From: Psammoneis japonica
Lineage: Eukaryota
Assembly: GCA_008632985.1 (NCBI GenBank)
Contig: QPGO01000271.1
Span: 59,924 to 79,923, forward strand
DNA length: 20,000 nt
Direction of reading: 5' to 3'
A model generated the notes under the pieces. That model did not search any database, had not been told where the DNA came from, and worked only from the letters and a program-made list of their open reading frames with translations. This document shows positions 19,071-20,000 of this stretch, one piece after another. Numbering within the stretch: the first letter of the stretch is position 1; the number at the start of each line of letters is the position of its first letter. Position numbers and translations under genes: made by a program.

Positions 19071-20000
19071 GAAGAAGGCCGCCGGTGATTTGTTGTCATT
19101 CGCAATGAACAAAAGTGACGATTGCGAGGAGGAGTCAATTGACGAGAAAACAAGCAAACTTCCAACTGCTTGCATGGGTGAAGAGGACAAAAGCGAAGAG
19201 CCTGTTGACGATGAGCACAACCAAGTTGCACATTGCTCTGAGGGTGAAGAGGACCACAGCGACTTGGGAGATTGTTTCGCAAGTGACGAAACTGACGGGG
19301 AAACACACAATGTGCTGTGGTTGGGGATGACCCGTCCGCTCAATGCAAGGCAACTGTCTTCTCAAGAATTGTGCTCTGAGAAGGGGGTGGCCTTAGTGTC
19401 GTCCGACCAACACAGGCGAGACGAGGCCGCGCAATGGCATTTGAGGAAACTAACAAAACAATCACAAACGTCGTTCCAACAGTTTCTCTCCAAGATGGCC
19501 ATCCTGATCTGCACTTAAATTGCAATGTGAAAGCAAGAGATTTCGTCAAGAGAGTCAAGCAGCAGTTTGAGAAACTTGTTGATTTCGACAATCATGGGTT
19601 CGACCAAATCATGTTGGACTGCTGCTGGATGCCAGATGGAGAGTGGCGCGATTCTCGTTTTGGGACGACTCAATTTTTCCAGAATCTAATTGATCTTCGG
19701 GCCTTGCTCTCCAAAAACGAAGAAGGGGGGGACACAGTGATTCCCTTTGCTCTTGCAACCTTCTTCCAGGTTGTCAAACAATGGAAGAAATTGTCGGCTG
19801 TGTTCGACATGTGCACAATGGACAATGATGCTGCAAAGAGCCATGCGAGCACATTCTTTGCAAGTGACCTTACAACCCAAGAACAACAAGAACAGTGGTT
19901 GAGAAAGCCTTCTTGCAAGAAAGAGTTGGGAAATCACTGTGAGTGAATGATGGATTGATGCGCGCACCCCATTTTAGAAAACAAAATCTGACCAGCACTT

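Larger units (their letters stand above)
15615..19946 (+). pseudogene. Large spliced multidomain pseudogene with putative DNA-modification domains (HxD dioxygenase-like; HhH glycosylase-fold-like; acidic linker; Rossmann methyltransferase-like)
   Basis: Chain of colinear, protein-like + strand ORFs (15897, 16723, 17235, 17519, 17725, 18059, 18651, 19090, 19434) joined by frameshifts and two 85-nt introns that restore frame. Motifs: LHIDKEDC (H at 17773); GADCGEFR (~18596) ... PVAKLGA ... PESLLYD ... DVFCCGQHL; VLWLGM (19312) ... RRDEA ... VVPTVS ... HLNCNV ... FDQIMLDCCWMP (19599). Existence of the gene is well supported; domain identities are inference. Confidence 0.6.
1..20000. other. TpA-depleted (TA->CA/TG hypermutated) repeat-rich domain
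   Basis: Hand count of about 67 TA dinucleotides in 20 kb. There are TA-free stretches >1.3 kb (2806-4183, 6353-7697). Only about a dozen Tyr residues occur in the whole six-frame ORF track, with strong Cys/His/Met excess. Confidence 0.97.

Noticed and set aside
19939..19977. Third intron GTGAGT...TTTTAG
   Set aside because: It would be only 39 nt, much shorter than the two 85-nt introns. The donor may be real but the acceptor or frame cannot be verified at the window edge.
1..20000. Dense overlapping ORFs in all six frames as real genes
   Set aside because: Loss of TpA removes TAA and TAG, leaving almost only TGA stops, so spurious ORFs are long. Most are Cys/His-rich antisense or off-frame readings of degraded elements.
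1..20000. Alternative genetic code or Tyr-avoiding proteome
   Set aside because: TA is missing at all codon positions and in non-coding repeats. Conserved Tyr positions are replaced variably by His or Cys, alongside stops and frameshifts, which indicates mutation rather than recoding.
1..20000. Classical fungal RIP or bisulfite-type artefact
   Set aside because: RIP depletes CpA/TpG and enriches TpA, the opposite of what is seen. Bisulfite conversion is C->T and strand-asymmetric, whereas C is abundant here and the effect is symmetric.

Overview
Eukaryotic, heterochromatin-like window, most likely from a diatom (inferred from the CoDi-type Copia gag/pol and the LINE motifs). It contains no intact gene. 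The left 14 kb is a mosaic of ~0.6-1.2 kb degraded fragments: a DNA-transposase-like C-terminus, Copia gag, Copia RT/RNase H, two LINE pieces and transposon-associated ORFs, plus three kinds of tandem or palindromic repeat. The right end holds a ~4.3 kb spliced, frameshifted multidomain pseudogene whose motifs resemble DNA-modification enzymes (HxD dioxygenase-like, HhH glycosylase-fold-like, Rossmann methyltransferase-like). The dominant signal is near-total loss of TpA: about 67 by hand count in 20 kb, versus on the order of 1,300-1,400 expected from base composition. Conserved retroelement motifs show that TA was converted to CA or TG (Tyr->His/Cys, Ile->Met/Thr, Leu->Pro/Ser). About 90% of surviving TAs sit in a TTA/TAA context, and the loss is uncoupled from CpG decay. 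This looks like a context-specific T:A->C:G hypermutation of repeats, opposite in direction to fungal RIP. Most ORFs in the supplied track are artefacts of lost TAA/TAG stops. Family assignments come from motif recognition by eye, not from database searches.
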